Below, piece by piece: positions 33,316 through 44,483 of a DNA stretch of 50,010 nucleotides (position 1 is its first letter; every line of letters begins with the position of its first letter). The stretch covers positions 806,001-856,010 of the forward strand of contig BAAIJX010000003.1 in NCBI GenBank assembly GCA_054600435.1, given 5' to 3'. The notes under the pieces are model-generated. The model was not told where the DNA came from, did not search any database, and worked only from the letters and a program-made list of their open reading frames with translations. The stretch comes from Neophaeotheca triangularis. Lineage: Eukaryota. Made by a program: the position numbers and the translations under genes.

Positions 33316-35410
33316 ATGAGCGTCGAAACCCAGTCTTTCACCAAAAGCCAGGAGGCCACCAACAGATGGCCAGGACGAATCAAACTCCGTCCAACTGGAA
33401 GTTCGCCATGCGGCGCTGAGCAGTATAAAATCGAGGAGCAAAGACCTGTCAAGGTGCAGGTGCCCTTCGACTCGTCACTCGGCATTGCCGCTCACTTTGC
33501 AACATGGATATGCTACAGTGCATATCTCGTATTGCGGTTCATGGGTATCAAAGAGTCTCCCTCGCTATGGTCATCGCTCATCTATCTCTGCGAAGTCTCT
33601 TTCATGCTTCAGGAGTTGCAAACTGCCGTGGAGCTAAGTTTCTCGCTTTTGGGTCCACGGGATGCTTTTCAATACGCCCAATACGTCTTGAGGGGAAATA
33701 CAGCACCCAAGGTAGCCGTCTTCGTCACGTCAGGCTTCCCGCTCGATCAGTTACCCGGAGTTTTGCTGACAGCTATACAGTGTTTGTGGAGAGGACCTAT
33801 CTACGATCATGGACACTGTGGCAGCCGCCGTATTCCAAGAATATCCAGCCGAAGCATTCAAAGTCTTCGTCTTGGATGACGCTGCGGATCAAGACTTGCA
33901 AGAAGCTGTCAAGACCTTCAATGCCTCGAGCTGCATGCGGGAATCTGGTTATCAAGAAGTGGTATACAGCGCTCGAGAAAAGGTTCCCGGTTTTCGGCAC
34001 TTTTACAAATCCGGTAATCTGCGCGCTGGCCTCGACTTCGCAGCCCGCGATTACGTTGCTTGGGAATACTTCGCTTCGCTGGACGCAGAAATGATATCAG
34101 AGTCCGATTGGCTTTCTCGAACCGTTCCACATCTCGTCAAAAACACGGACGTCGCGCTCGTGAGCCCTCCGCAAATCTCATACAACATATTGGAAGAAGA
34201 TCTGCTTTGTCAGGATGCGAACAATTACTCGCAGATTCTGGAGCCCACTCGAGGTTTCATCGGATGCAGTCAGTGTTCGGGCTCGGGGTATGTGATGCGC
34301 CGCAGCGCGGTAGAGTCTATTGGGGGCTGGCCCCTACGTGCAATCGGTGAAGACATCATCTGTTCGAACATGTTGCTCGCCAAGGGTTGGAAAACAATGT
34401 ATATACCGGATCAACTGCAATTTGGACAGTCGCCGGATTCCTTACACGCTGCGATCAGTCAGAGAATCCGCTGGGTGAGCTGCTATTGATCAATGATCGG
34501 GGATACTCAAAACCAGACTCGCTAATACGGAAGCGGACAGACTTACGGCAGTCTTTTACTAGGACAGCAGTTCGGCCTCTCCTTCCTGACCTCCGAGCAG
34601 GGCAAGAAAATGACTGGTCCCCAGCGTACACTGTCCATGATGGGCGCACTCAAAGCGTACGCCTCGATCTTTGCATTCGTTGCTACTGTATGTCTGCCCC
34701 TCTGCTTCTGGGCTTTTCAGACAGGCCGCCTCGAGGCCAGGACGGAACGGCAGAGCATCCGGCTAGCACTTCTCTCGCACTTTGTCGCCTCATCGCTATC
34801 AAGAAAACTCGTGTACGGTCGCCTGGGAGGAGCAAATGCCACCAACATAGCCACGAACCGAATCTGGGGCTCGCCATGCAAAACTCCCCACCGCAGACCC
34901 AACTAGCATTCACACTGACCCAGCCTAGTCAACGCTTTCTGCGCGATCAAATCCCTCTTCAGCGATATTTCCAACACGGCCTTCAAAGTCTCCGGCACCT
35001 TCATCTCCCCGACCGAAGAGCGCTACGCCGCCCGCCGCAAGCCCTTGATGACGCGCATGTCGAGCCCGGTCATCATAGGCTACACGTGTTACTTCTCAGT
35101 CGCCGCAGCCGCTTTGGCAGTCTCCATCGCGTTCGTCGCCCACCGCCACTTCCTCGTACAAACGGACAGGTTTCACATGTACACCGGCGCGGCTTTGAAG
35201 CTAATCGATCTGGTCCTGGCCGCGGCCGTTCCAATTCGGTACATGGCTTTTCCGCCCTCGATCCCGGAGCGGCGGGGATTACTCGTCAAGGACGCGAAGG
35301 GGATCTATCGCTCGGGCAAGAAGGAGTGGAGGAAGAGGGATGGGAAGGCTGGATTTAAGCTTAAGCTTCTGCTTCAGGTCGTGGTTATCTTGCTGTTTGA
35401 CTGGCTGTGA
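33316..35410 (+). CDS. Processive glycosyltransferase family 2 (cellulose-synthase-like membrane protein), 4 exons
   Basis: Motifs VCGED, VLDD, KSGNL, LDAEM, SPPQ, SGSGY, GEDI and QRIRW, plus transmembrane helices. Predicted introns 33729-33780, 34475-34540 and 34878-34928; the last needs a GC donor. Confidence 0.8.
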
Positions 35411-36221
35411 TGCCGCCGGTCTGGACTCTGGAAATGTTTATCGCCCGTTGGACTTTACCTTGCACCCACCACGTTTGGAGCTCAAATCGCGCTTGTGCTC
35501 GTATTGCTTTTTGAGCCGGGAGGATAGAGTCAGGGGCGGTACTACGCCTGATCTAGAGGTGAACAAGATATTGGGGTGGACGACCACGCAAGAAGCTGGG
35601 GGACGGGGAATGGTAGATGCACGTATGAGGAAGAAATTCAGAGGCTGGAGGCGAGGTTGACAGCGACTACCCTTCTCTACAGTGAGATGCTGTTTTATGT
35701 ATGTACCAACCACGAGCTGGAAATTGAAACGGCAAGCCCGTGTAAACGCTGTGTAGTCCAGCGATTCCTCCGCTCTCTTGAAGCCTAAAGGAAGGCTGGT
35801 TGTTGGTAGCGTGAGCCAGGGAAACGGGGTAGCGTGAGCGAGGGAAACGCATGCATCTTCCTTGCCCTTTTGCAGATGCAATCGCGGTTTAGCAAAGACT
35901 ATCGCTATAGATCCCAGTTCTGACATGGAAAGAACGCATTTCACGAACAGTGGATAGACCTGCGCACTTGAGCAAAGAGCGGACGTAGACCCCACACATA
36001 AGCAAATCATGACAGAGAAGGAGAATACTCCGCGGTCAAATCATGAACCATTGCAAAGACTACTACATCGTGCAAGGCATGGTATCGTCCATTAGGCATG
36101 AATCTACGTTCCGCCCAAGACCCAGCAAGCAGTCTTTGCTTTTTCGTCGCTTAATCGAGCGCCAGAACGCCTCGCCATGCGAACCTTCTTCCATCCCGCC
36201 AAGGCCCCCCGTTTTGCTTAC

Positions 36222-37303
36222 TCACATGCGCGCTTGCTGGGCCGCCTCCCTCTCGACCTCGTACTTGAAGTCAAAGTATGGCGGGTCGAAGTGGTGGACA
36301 CGCACGTATCCGTCTTCACCGCCACTGCAATAGCATTTGCCCGTCGGGTCGACGGCGACGTAGTTGAGCGGGCCGAAATGTCCTCGCACACGCCCGATTT
36401 CCTCCTCGAAGACCTTGTGGTAGAAGCGCGCTTCGAACTTTCCTTGCCGTGCGCTCGTGGTTGTCACGTCCATGGCGGCTTGTCCACCACCAAGGATGAC
36501 GTATTGCTGGGGGTCGGGGGTGATGGCGGCGCTGTTGAGGGGGGTGTCGGTGACGTAGGTCTTGAGGGTTTCCATGCTCTCGACGTCCTGCAGTTTGGCG
36601 GTCTTGTCCTTGGAAGAAGTGATGAAGTAGGTCCTGTCCGCGCTCCACTGAAGGTCTGAAACCACCATGCCATCCTCGTGCGGGTAGACCGTTTTGAGCT
36701 CCTCTCCGGTCTTGGCATCCCACTGCGTAACACTTCCGTCCTCGTGGCCGGTGATGATGTATTTGCTCAGGTAGCTGAAGCCCGCCACGGTAACTCTGGG
36801 CAGGTCGCTCACGACGATGCGCAGGCTGTGCTCGCTGTTCTGCTCCGCCTCCGGGTCCGGGTTGATGTCGTAGACGTAGATGTTGCTGAGCTGGCCTTGT
36901 CGCTTCTCCGTCACACACAGCAGCTGCCTTCCATCGTCGCTGAACTCGCATCGCTTGACGGCGGTCAAGTACTCCCACGTCTTCAACAGCTTTCCCGTCT
37001 TCACCTCCCACAATCGCATCGTGCTGTCGGCTCCACCGGTCGCGAGGAGCGTGGTGCTCGGGTCAACGTCGACGGTCCATAGCGCTCCCTGGTGGCCCTT
37101 GTAGGCACCGAATCGTTCGCCGTTTGCCGAATACCATGCGCAGACCTAGAAAAGTCGTCAGGATATGGGTTTTTGGAACAGGCCAGGCGGGTTGCAAGAC
37201 TTACAATGTGGTCCTTGGACACACTGAAGAGGAGATCACCCTCCTTGCTGAATTTGACCTGGGTCAAGGCACGCTCGTGGCCGGAGAGTAGTATGGGTCT
37301 CAT
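36222..37303 (-). CDS. TIF34: Eukaryotic translation initiation factor 3 subunit i (WD40), 2 exons
   Basis: N-terminus [17 protein letters not shown]. Intron 37204-37146. Motifs [41 protein letters not shown] and [14 protein letters not shown]. Confidence 0.96.
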
Positions 37304-38023
37304 GGTTGCGGTTGTGTATGGGGACAAGGAACTACTGCCCTGGCCGAGCTGCCGTTGGTGAAGTCGGCGGGCGTAGAGAAATTCGAGATTGCATGACTCG
37401 CGCCAGTGGGGTTATAGCCTCAGGCATCAAACTATTAGAAACTTGATACTTCCAACACCGCCTCGATCCTCCAATCCTTCAATCACTAATTCGAGAGCAT
37501 CTCACATGTCTGCTGACTGCCGCATGTAGGGTATCAATGCTGCTTCCCTGCTCATATTCAGGCTCAGGCTGAGGAAGGCTGAGGCTGAGGCGGAACTTGA
37601 GTGTGCAAACCGACCGGGCCACTGCGTGAGGGGCCTTCGATTCGTGAGCAGAAGCAGAGTACAATGTCACAGAAAGAATACCGGTATGGCACCCACCTAT
37701 CACACTCACACTCACACTCACTGCAGCTCCGCTCAGCTCAGCTCACAGCCTCGTGGTGCATCCTTCATAGCCTCATGCCGCTGTTTCCAGTCGCGAAGCA
37801 GTCGCCTTGTCGTCCACGACCCGGCAAGGCTACCTAATGTAGGTAGGTATCGACTTGGTAGGTAATGTAGTAATGTAAGTTGCTCTTTCTTATTCCTTCG
37901 TCTTTCCTTTCGTTTCAAATCTCCGACTTGCACGCAAGAGGGAGTTGATCGAACAAAACGCTGCAGGAGCTGTAATACCATATTCAGAAGGAAACGGCAG
38001 TACCACCACCGGCCGCCGCCGCC

Positions 38024-40880
38024 ATGGCAGTCTCCGCCTCACTGGCAGCCCACTCTTCGGCCATCCAGTCAGCCATCCATGCAGTGTCAACCGCATATCC
38101 TACGTCTAGCATCATCGGCATGCCAGAACCGCCGGTGCTCGCCGGCTATCAAAACTTTTCGTCCGTAGAATGGGACCTCGCGGCTCATAGTTTGACCTAC
38201 AAACAGTCATACTGCTACCGGCCCGGCTCACTACCCGTAGCCCTGGCATGGAACGATACTTGTCTGCCGGGCTTCTTCTGTCCAAATTCCACCGATCGGC
38301 AGCCACCGCAATTCTGTCCGCCGTATGAAAGGTGTCTGATTTTCCGCGCTGGAAAGGGAACATGCAACAAGCAGGGCATACTCGAACCACGCATTTGCAT
38401 CGATGGTCATTATTGTCCGGCGGGAGGCAAGAGGCAGATTGAGTGTCCGGCGGGAAGCTTTTGTCCTTCCGGCACGCTTGAACCGTTCAAATGTGATTTT
38501 GGTGCCATCTGTCCAAAGGGATCGAAGCGACAGATTGCAATCGTCCCGACGGTATTGGTGCTTATGGTTGATGTCCTACTTGGCATACTAATAGCTGTTG
38601 GCTTCGGCATCTCGCGATGGAGGAGGAGGAAGCCAAAGAGGTACACTACGTTGGGAGCACACAATAGCAAAGATGATCTGGAGCTCCTGCGAAATCCCGT
38701 CTTGACAGGAAGGTTGCGAGGCTTATCAAATGCCAGCGCGGAAACCCACAAGACGAACATGTCTAGCCCCGACCTTGATGCCACCCCAGCAGATACCCCG
38801 ACGCTGCCAACAAAATTGAGACGGACAAGCGGGCGTGCCGATCACCTATCTGCCTACAGTGTCTTTGACGGCGCTTCCGATGCCAGCAGTGACCTCGAGG
38901 AAGAGTTTGCCGATAGCCCCGACTTTCAACGCTTCATCCGGTCAATGTCAAGAACGATACATACCAAGAACGTTGGATTGTCTTTCGATTTCGAGAACTT
39001 GGACTTCACCACCAGTAGTGGGAAGAAGATACTCAAGAACGTGACTGGCACCATGCCTAGGGGCTCAATGTGGGGCATCATGGGAGGCTCCGGAGCTGGA
39101 AAGTCAACGTTCATGAACGTGTTGATGGGAAAAGCTATCACCACCGCCGGAACGGTGAAGATCAACGGCTGGGTGAAGGACATGAAAAAGTACAAGAAGC
39201 TTATCGGTTACGTACCGCAAGACGATATTGTGTTCCCAGAGCTGACCGTGCGCGAGAACATCCTGCACTCAGCTCGATGCCGACTACCAGCGAACTGGCG
39301 GGACAAGGCGATTCAAGACCACGTCGACTCGCTCATTGCTTGCCTGAACCTCACTCATGTGCAGCATTCCCGGGTAGGCGACGCCAACAAGCCCGTGATC
39401 TCGGGCGGGCAGCGGAAGCGAGTGAACATTGGGCTGGAGCTTGCGGCAGCCCCCATGGCCATTCTGCTCGACGAGCCCACGTCTGGACTAGATGCAACGT
39501 CTGCAGCGAGCATCATGAGGCTGTTGAAAGCCATTTCTCGACTAGGCGTCACCACCATAGCCATCATACACCAACCTCGCGAGCAGATTTTCTACGGCTT
39601 CGATCAACTGATGCTTCTCGCCCAAGGCAGGACGGTCTACAGCGGCCAAACCGACAATGTCCAGCACTACTTCGAAAGCATGGGCTTTGCCTTTCCCCAA
39701 CGCGGCAACCCCGCAGACATCATAATCGACATAGCCACCGGCGACGGTGCGCAGTACACACTCAATTCTTGCCGACACGACGTCGATGCAAACATGCTCA
39801 TCGACCACTGGGACAAGCGTGGCCAATACGGCGCCTCAAGCCATTACCTCTCCCCAGAAGACCCTACGCGCCGTCTCCGCCGCATTTCCAACCAATCCAT
39901 CTCCAGCACGGCCGAGCAAGAAGAATCCCTCCGCCAAACCATGCAAGCCCGCGGCGCAACTTGGGTCGCCCAAGTCTACTACTGCTGGAAACGAGCTACG
40001 ACTCAACAAATCCGCAACTACGGCAGCTTCTTCTTCGAAATCGCCGTCGGCGCCCTCGCAGGCGGCATCATCGGCCTCTCCGCCTTCGGCAGCGAGGGCC
40101 ACCTCTTCCAAGGAATCTACCACCCGCCCTTCACCATGCTCTCCAGCGCCGTCGACTACCAATCCGTCCCGCAGATCGGGCTTCTAGGAGCCATGGCCAT
40201 CGGCCTCGCGGCCGCAGCCCCAGGCGTCAAAGTCTTTGGCGAGGAAAACCTCGTCTACTACCGCGAAACGGCCTCGGGGCATTCGCGATCCGCCTACTAC
40301 GTCGGCAAAGTGCTTTCCACCCTTCTCCGCATCGTCCTCAGTAGTTTCCACTTTACGGTTTTCTTCGGCGTGTTGGCGACGCCCATGATGCGTTTTGTGC
40401 ACATGTTCGCCGCCAATGTCATGTACTTTTGGTGTATCTACGGACTGGCGAGCTGCGTGGCCATGGTTTCGAAGCGCGAGGACGGTCCGCTATTGGCGGT
40501 CTTTGCGAGCTTGGTTATTGGGATTTTGGGCGGAGTGGCGCCGCCTTTGAGTAAGGTGAAGAGTTGGGGAGTCGAGTAAGTGGGATCCCACCACCATGTT
40601 GCTTCCGGTCGATGGAACCTTTGATTCGAAAGGGCTGACTTTGTGTTCTTGCAGATGGCTCTGGCGCATGTCGCCTGGTGTCTGGTTTACTGAAGCGTAT
40701 TTTTCGCAAAACTTGCTCCCGCTCAAACATCTCTACGTGCTCGAGTTGGCTGCCGAGTATGTTGGTTATACGCTGGGGCAGTACACGTTGGATATTGCTA
40801 TGCTCTTTGTTATTGGGCTCGTTTACAGGGTGGTTGCGTACTTGGGACTGGTGTTATTGAATCGCAAAAGGCAGATTTGA
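38024..40880 (+). CDS. Half-size ABCG transporter with an N-terminal Cys-rich extracellular domain, 2 exons
   Basis: Walker A GGSGAGKST, GYVPQDD, signature ISGGQRKR, Walker B LLDEPTSGLD and H-loop IHQPR. N-terminal CxxGxxCP repeats followed by one transmembrane helix. Intron 40576-40654. Confidence 0.9.
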
Positions 40881-41113
40881 TCGGTTAGGGACTTGGTTAT
40901 GCAACCGGAAGAGCATGCAGCTAGTCTTTGGATGCTTCAATATATGTCATTGGTCCATCCAGGCAGCTCTGTAGATGTGAAGCTAACCAAGCATTCCAAG
41001 ATGCTATACCCTCCATGCTGCTTTGTCCTATATCGTCGCTCGAACGCAATGCACAATGCAAATCGGAATCACAACCACAAACACTCCGGCAGAACAACTG
41101 CGCCTCGGCACTG

Positions 41114-43018
41114 CTACTCGCCCATCTGTTCCTCCATTTTCGCATCCATGCGCACCCGCCAATGATCCCCGAACCTCTTCATTGCCCAGATAGTCAACAC
41201 GCCACCAACGACGGAAATCAGCCCTATGATTGTAAACAACCACCCATTCCCAATAGCATCAATGAGCGGCTCCGCAACAGCACCACCCACACATGAAAAG
41301 ATATTCCGCACAAAATTATTCAGCGCGATCCCATGCGAAGCCTTCCTGGGCATAAACTCCGTCAGCATGGTGGTGATCATGGCGAAAATCAGCATGGAGC
41401 CGATGCCAAAGAAGAAATTCGCAACCATGGGGCCCGCGACGTTGACGCGGAAGTGCGCACACCAGCCGTAGGTTATGAGAGCCGCGGGAAAGAGGAAAGC
41501 CGCTATCCAGGCGTTTTCTTTCATGCGGTCTTCGGGGCGGAACTTGAGGCGGCCCTTTTCGTCGTAGCGGCCCGCTTTGCGAGCTTCGCGGTGCATGATT
41601 CCATCGACCCAGCGGCCGCCGAGGAGGGAGGAGAGGAAATAGCCGAGGGAGTTGGGGATGTAGAGCACGCCGACGATGATGGAGCTGTAGTTGTAGGGGG
41701 ATGCCGAGAAGGTTGCTTGCACGGAGATGTTGAGCATGTAGAGCGAGCCGAAGGTGATGCTGGCGTAGAGGACGGAGATCGCCACGGCTGGGAATTGGAG
41801 GTAAAGGATGATTTTTAGAGGGTCCAGGAAGGCGCGGCGGAGCATGGAGAGGTAGTGTTTGCTTTTCAGCCTTACTGATTGCTGGGTTTGTGTACGGTTT
41901 AGTGTTGGTCTGGGTACGTCTTTGTCGTTTTCCATCGCAGTGGGCGTTTCGTCTTCTTCTCGAGTTGGTACTAGAGGCTTGCTTGTTTTGAGTGTTTCTG
42001 GGAGAGCGAAGAGGATGGCGACAACGACGAACACGCCGAATATGGCCAAGAAGTATTGTAAACTTCTCCATCCGAGTCCCTGGGCAAGCGCACCTCCTAT
42101 GATTGGGGACAGGAGAGGACCGCATAGGGGACCAAGATAGAAGAAACCCATGGCTCGGCCTCGCTCTTTGACCTCCCAGATATCAGCAATCGTGCCGGCT
42201 CCTACGGCTTGCACGCTTGCGGCAGCGCCACCCGACAATATCCTCATGACGATGAACATGGCGACATTCGTGCTGACAGCAGCCAACACGTTGAACACAA
42301 TGAACAGCACGAACGAGGAAAGGTAGATTGTTCGTCTCCCGAGGGATTCCGAGAAACTGCTCCACCACAAAGGGAAGATACTCATCGAGAGCATGAACAT
42401 TGCAACGGACAAGTTGACAATGGTGCCAGTCGTGTTGAATTCATCCGCAATGTCCGTCAAGGCGGGTAGGACGATCGAGGAGCCCATTGGAGCGGCAGCG
42501 CCAGCGAAAGCTACGATGGCTGTGATAATCCATTTCAATCGACGTGAGTAATCGAAAGGCTCCGTAACTTCTGCTACTAGCGATAAGCGAGCCAATATAC
42601 CACGGCGTTCCGATCGCGGTACCTTGACGGCTTCGGGCTGGATAGATCGAGCGGACGATTGCGCTCGACTGCGGGCAGAGTAGGCACGACTTCTGCTCCT
42701 TCCAGGGCGGATATGCGAGCCTTCGAACGTGTGCTCGGTCTCATGGGACGTATCCGAAGCATTGGAATCATGTCTTCGGGGGACCTTGAGAATCTCTTCT
42801 GTGTTTGAGGGGGGAGCTGCCGTAGCTGGAATGTCGGGCTCGTTGGTCAGACCAGGATTCACATCTGGTGGGCAAGGCGACCTTCCGCGCTCGGGGCTGT
42901 CGTCTCTTGATGACCGAGAGCTTTTTAAAGCATTGCCGACACTCTCGACAGAAGACGAGGATCTCCAGGTTGGCTCTGCCTCTTCGCGTGCTGCACGCTC
43001 GGGGCTAGATCCTCTCAT
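41114..43018 (-). CDS. MFS drug:H+ antiporter, DHA1 family (Dtr1/Qdr-like)
   Basis: Motifs WSSFSESLGRRTIY, GAGTIADIWEVKERGRAMG, GPLLSPIIGG, GWRS and NNFVRN; 12-transmembrane pattern. The start could be extended by an upstream exon. Confidence 0.9.
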   Translation of the reverse strand: MRGSSPERAAREEAEPTWRSSSSVESVGNALKSSRSSRDDSPERGRSPCPPDVNPGLTNEPDIPATAAPPSNTEEILKVPRRHDSNASDTSHETEHTFEGSHIRPGRSRSRAYSARSRAQSSARSIQPEAVKVPRSERRGILARLSLVAEVTEPFDYSRRLKWIITAIVAFAGAAAPMGSSIVLPALTDIADEFNTTGTIVNLSVAMFMLSMSIFPLWWSSFSESLGRRTIYLSSFVLFIVFNVLAAVSTNVAMFIVMRILSGGAAASVQAVGAGTIADIWEVKERGRAMGFFYLGPLCGPLLSPIIGGALAQGLGWRSLQYFLAIFGVFVVVAILFALPETLKTSKPLVPTREEDETPTAMENDKDVPRPTLNRTQTQQSVRLKSKHYLSMLRRAFLDPLKIILYLQFPAVAISVLYASITFGSLYMLNISVQATFSASPYNYSSIIVGVLYIPNSLGYFLSSLLGGRWVDGIMHREARKAGRYDEKGRLKFRPEDRMKENAWIAAFLFPAALITYGWCAHFRVNVAGPMVANFFFGIGSMLIFAMITTMLTEFMPRKASHGIALNNFVRNIFSCVGGAVAEPLIDAIGNGWLFTIIGLISVVGGVLTIWAMKRFGDHWRVRMDAKMEEQMGE

Positions 43019-43667
43019 TGCCACCCTGTTGAGATCGACCTCAGGGTCTGCGGTTAACCAGTGGATCGAACCAAAGCTTTGGGGCCTAACTCCCTTCGAT
43101 CCCTCGTACAGTTGTTACCATTCGAGGCACACTCGAGGGCTCTGATAACTCAAGAGGCAAAATAATAGTCGGGTGAAACTGTTGGTTAGGAGGTCTGTGA
43201 GAAAGCGTCCCAGGTGTCAATCAAACAAAGACAGACTCTGAACAGATGACGATATGGAAAGCAACGATATGATGAGTGTTACGTGCCGTCGACTGCGAGG
43301 GGCATACCTACGAAAACTCATTACAATACGGTTACAACGGCATTGGAGCTCTCAAGGGCCGCTTCAAGAGACGTAGAGAGGTGTGCAGGAGGAGGTACCT
43401 TAGCTTACATTGTAGTCGATTGCCGAGCAGCCGGCCGGTGTTTTTGGCCGGCTTAAAACCGACGACCTGTTATCGGAGGTATGCCGACGTCGGACGTCGT
43501 CGTTGCCACGGCTCGCTCTTTAACGTCAAACCACCTCATCCAAATATATCTTCTTGTATGTCTTTGTGGTTAAATAACTGTAGGCAATGCTCAAATGGGT
43601 CGCAGCTGCATACCGTGAACTAGCACCCAAAAAGCTCAAACAACTCACACTGCAATATCAGAAAACT

Positions 43668-44483
43668 ATGGCGGACCCTCGAGAAACATTACGGAGCGCT
43701 TTCCTAGATCAACCACCAGAGAAGCTCGCGGGGAAATGGGACGACATGTGGAGGAGCAAAGTCACTCCATGGGACCGAGACTTACCAAACCCGGCCCTTG
43801 TCGATATTCTAGCAGGTGGCATGCTAGGATCTCCAATCACCAACGATGGGCAACGGAAGAGAGCACTTGTCCCAGGCTGCGGCAAAGGCTACGATGTGCT
43901 GCTGTTTGCCAGCCATGGTTATGATGCTTACGGCCTTGATGTTTCAGAGACAGCGCTTGAAGAGGCGGGCAATGTCAGGCAGAGAGATGCCGACGATGAA
44001 ACCAAATATCCCATGCGCGCACCAAAGAGCAAAGGGAGAGGCGAGACGGAATTCCTCATGGCCGACTTCTTCAACGACTCGTTCCTGGAAAAGACCCAAG
44101 GTAGCAGCTTTGATATCATATACGACTACACATTTCTATGTGCTTTACCGCCTGCTTTGCGGCCGCAATGGGCGAGGCGAATGAGCAGCTTGCTCTCCCC
44201 CAACGGCAGGTTGGTGTGCTTGGAGTTTCCTCTGCACAAGGACCCGAAGATGGGCGGTCCGCCTTTTGGGCTTCAATCGAATCTCTACGAGGCGCTTTTG
44301 AAAGCACCCGGAGAAGCAGTGGAGTACGATGAGGCTGGTAAACCGAGCAAAGAGCCGGAAAACGTTGGCAAAGGCTCACTCATGAGGATCGAGCATTGGA
44401 AGCCCGAGCGCACGCACAAGGTCGGCGAGGGAACTGATATGGTGTCGATTTGGAAGCATCGGGCGACAGAAAAGGTCCGTTAA
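43668..44483 (+). CDS. SAM-dependent halide/thiol methyltransferase (TPMT/HOL-like family)
   Basis: Motifs WDDMW..TPWDRDLPNPAL, ALVPGCGKGYDV, ADFF, FDIIYDYTFLCAL, CLEFP..GPPFG and WKPERTH. An alternative in-frame ATG lies at 43587. Confidence 0.88.
   Translation: MADPRETLRSAFLDQPPEKLAGKWDDMWRSKVTPWDRDLPNPALVDILAGGMLGSPITNDGQRKRALVPGCGKGYDVLLFASHGYDAYGLDVSETALEEAGNVRQRDADDETKYPMRAPKSKGRGETEFLMADFFNDSFLEKTQGSSFDIIYDYTFLCALPPALRPQWARRMSSLLSPNGRLVCLEFPLHKDPKMGGPPFGLQSNLYEALLKAPGEAVEYDEAGKPSKEPENVGKGSLMRIEHWKPERTHKVGEGTDMVSIWKHRATEKVR

Noticed and set aside
39070..40344. Long alternative-frame and antisense ORFs (e.g. 424 aa here; also 25571-26503, 7060-7932, 10222-11070, 46754-47620)
   Set aside because: They overlap well-supported genes and are R/P/H-rich shadows of GC-rich codon bias, with no domain motifs.
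43269..43380. ATGATGA box-C-like motif suggesting a C/D snoRNA
   Set aside because: No box D (CTGA) at a suitable distance and no terminal stem.
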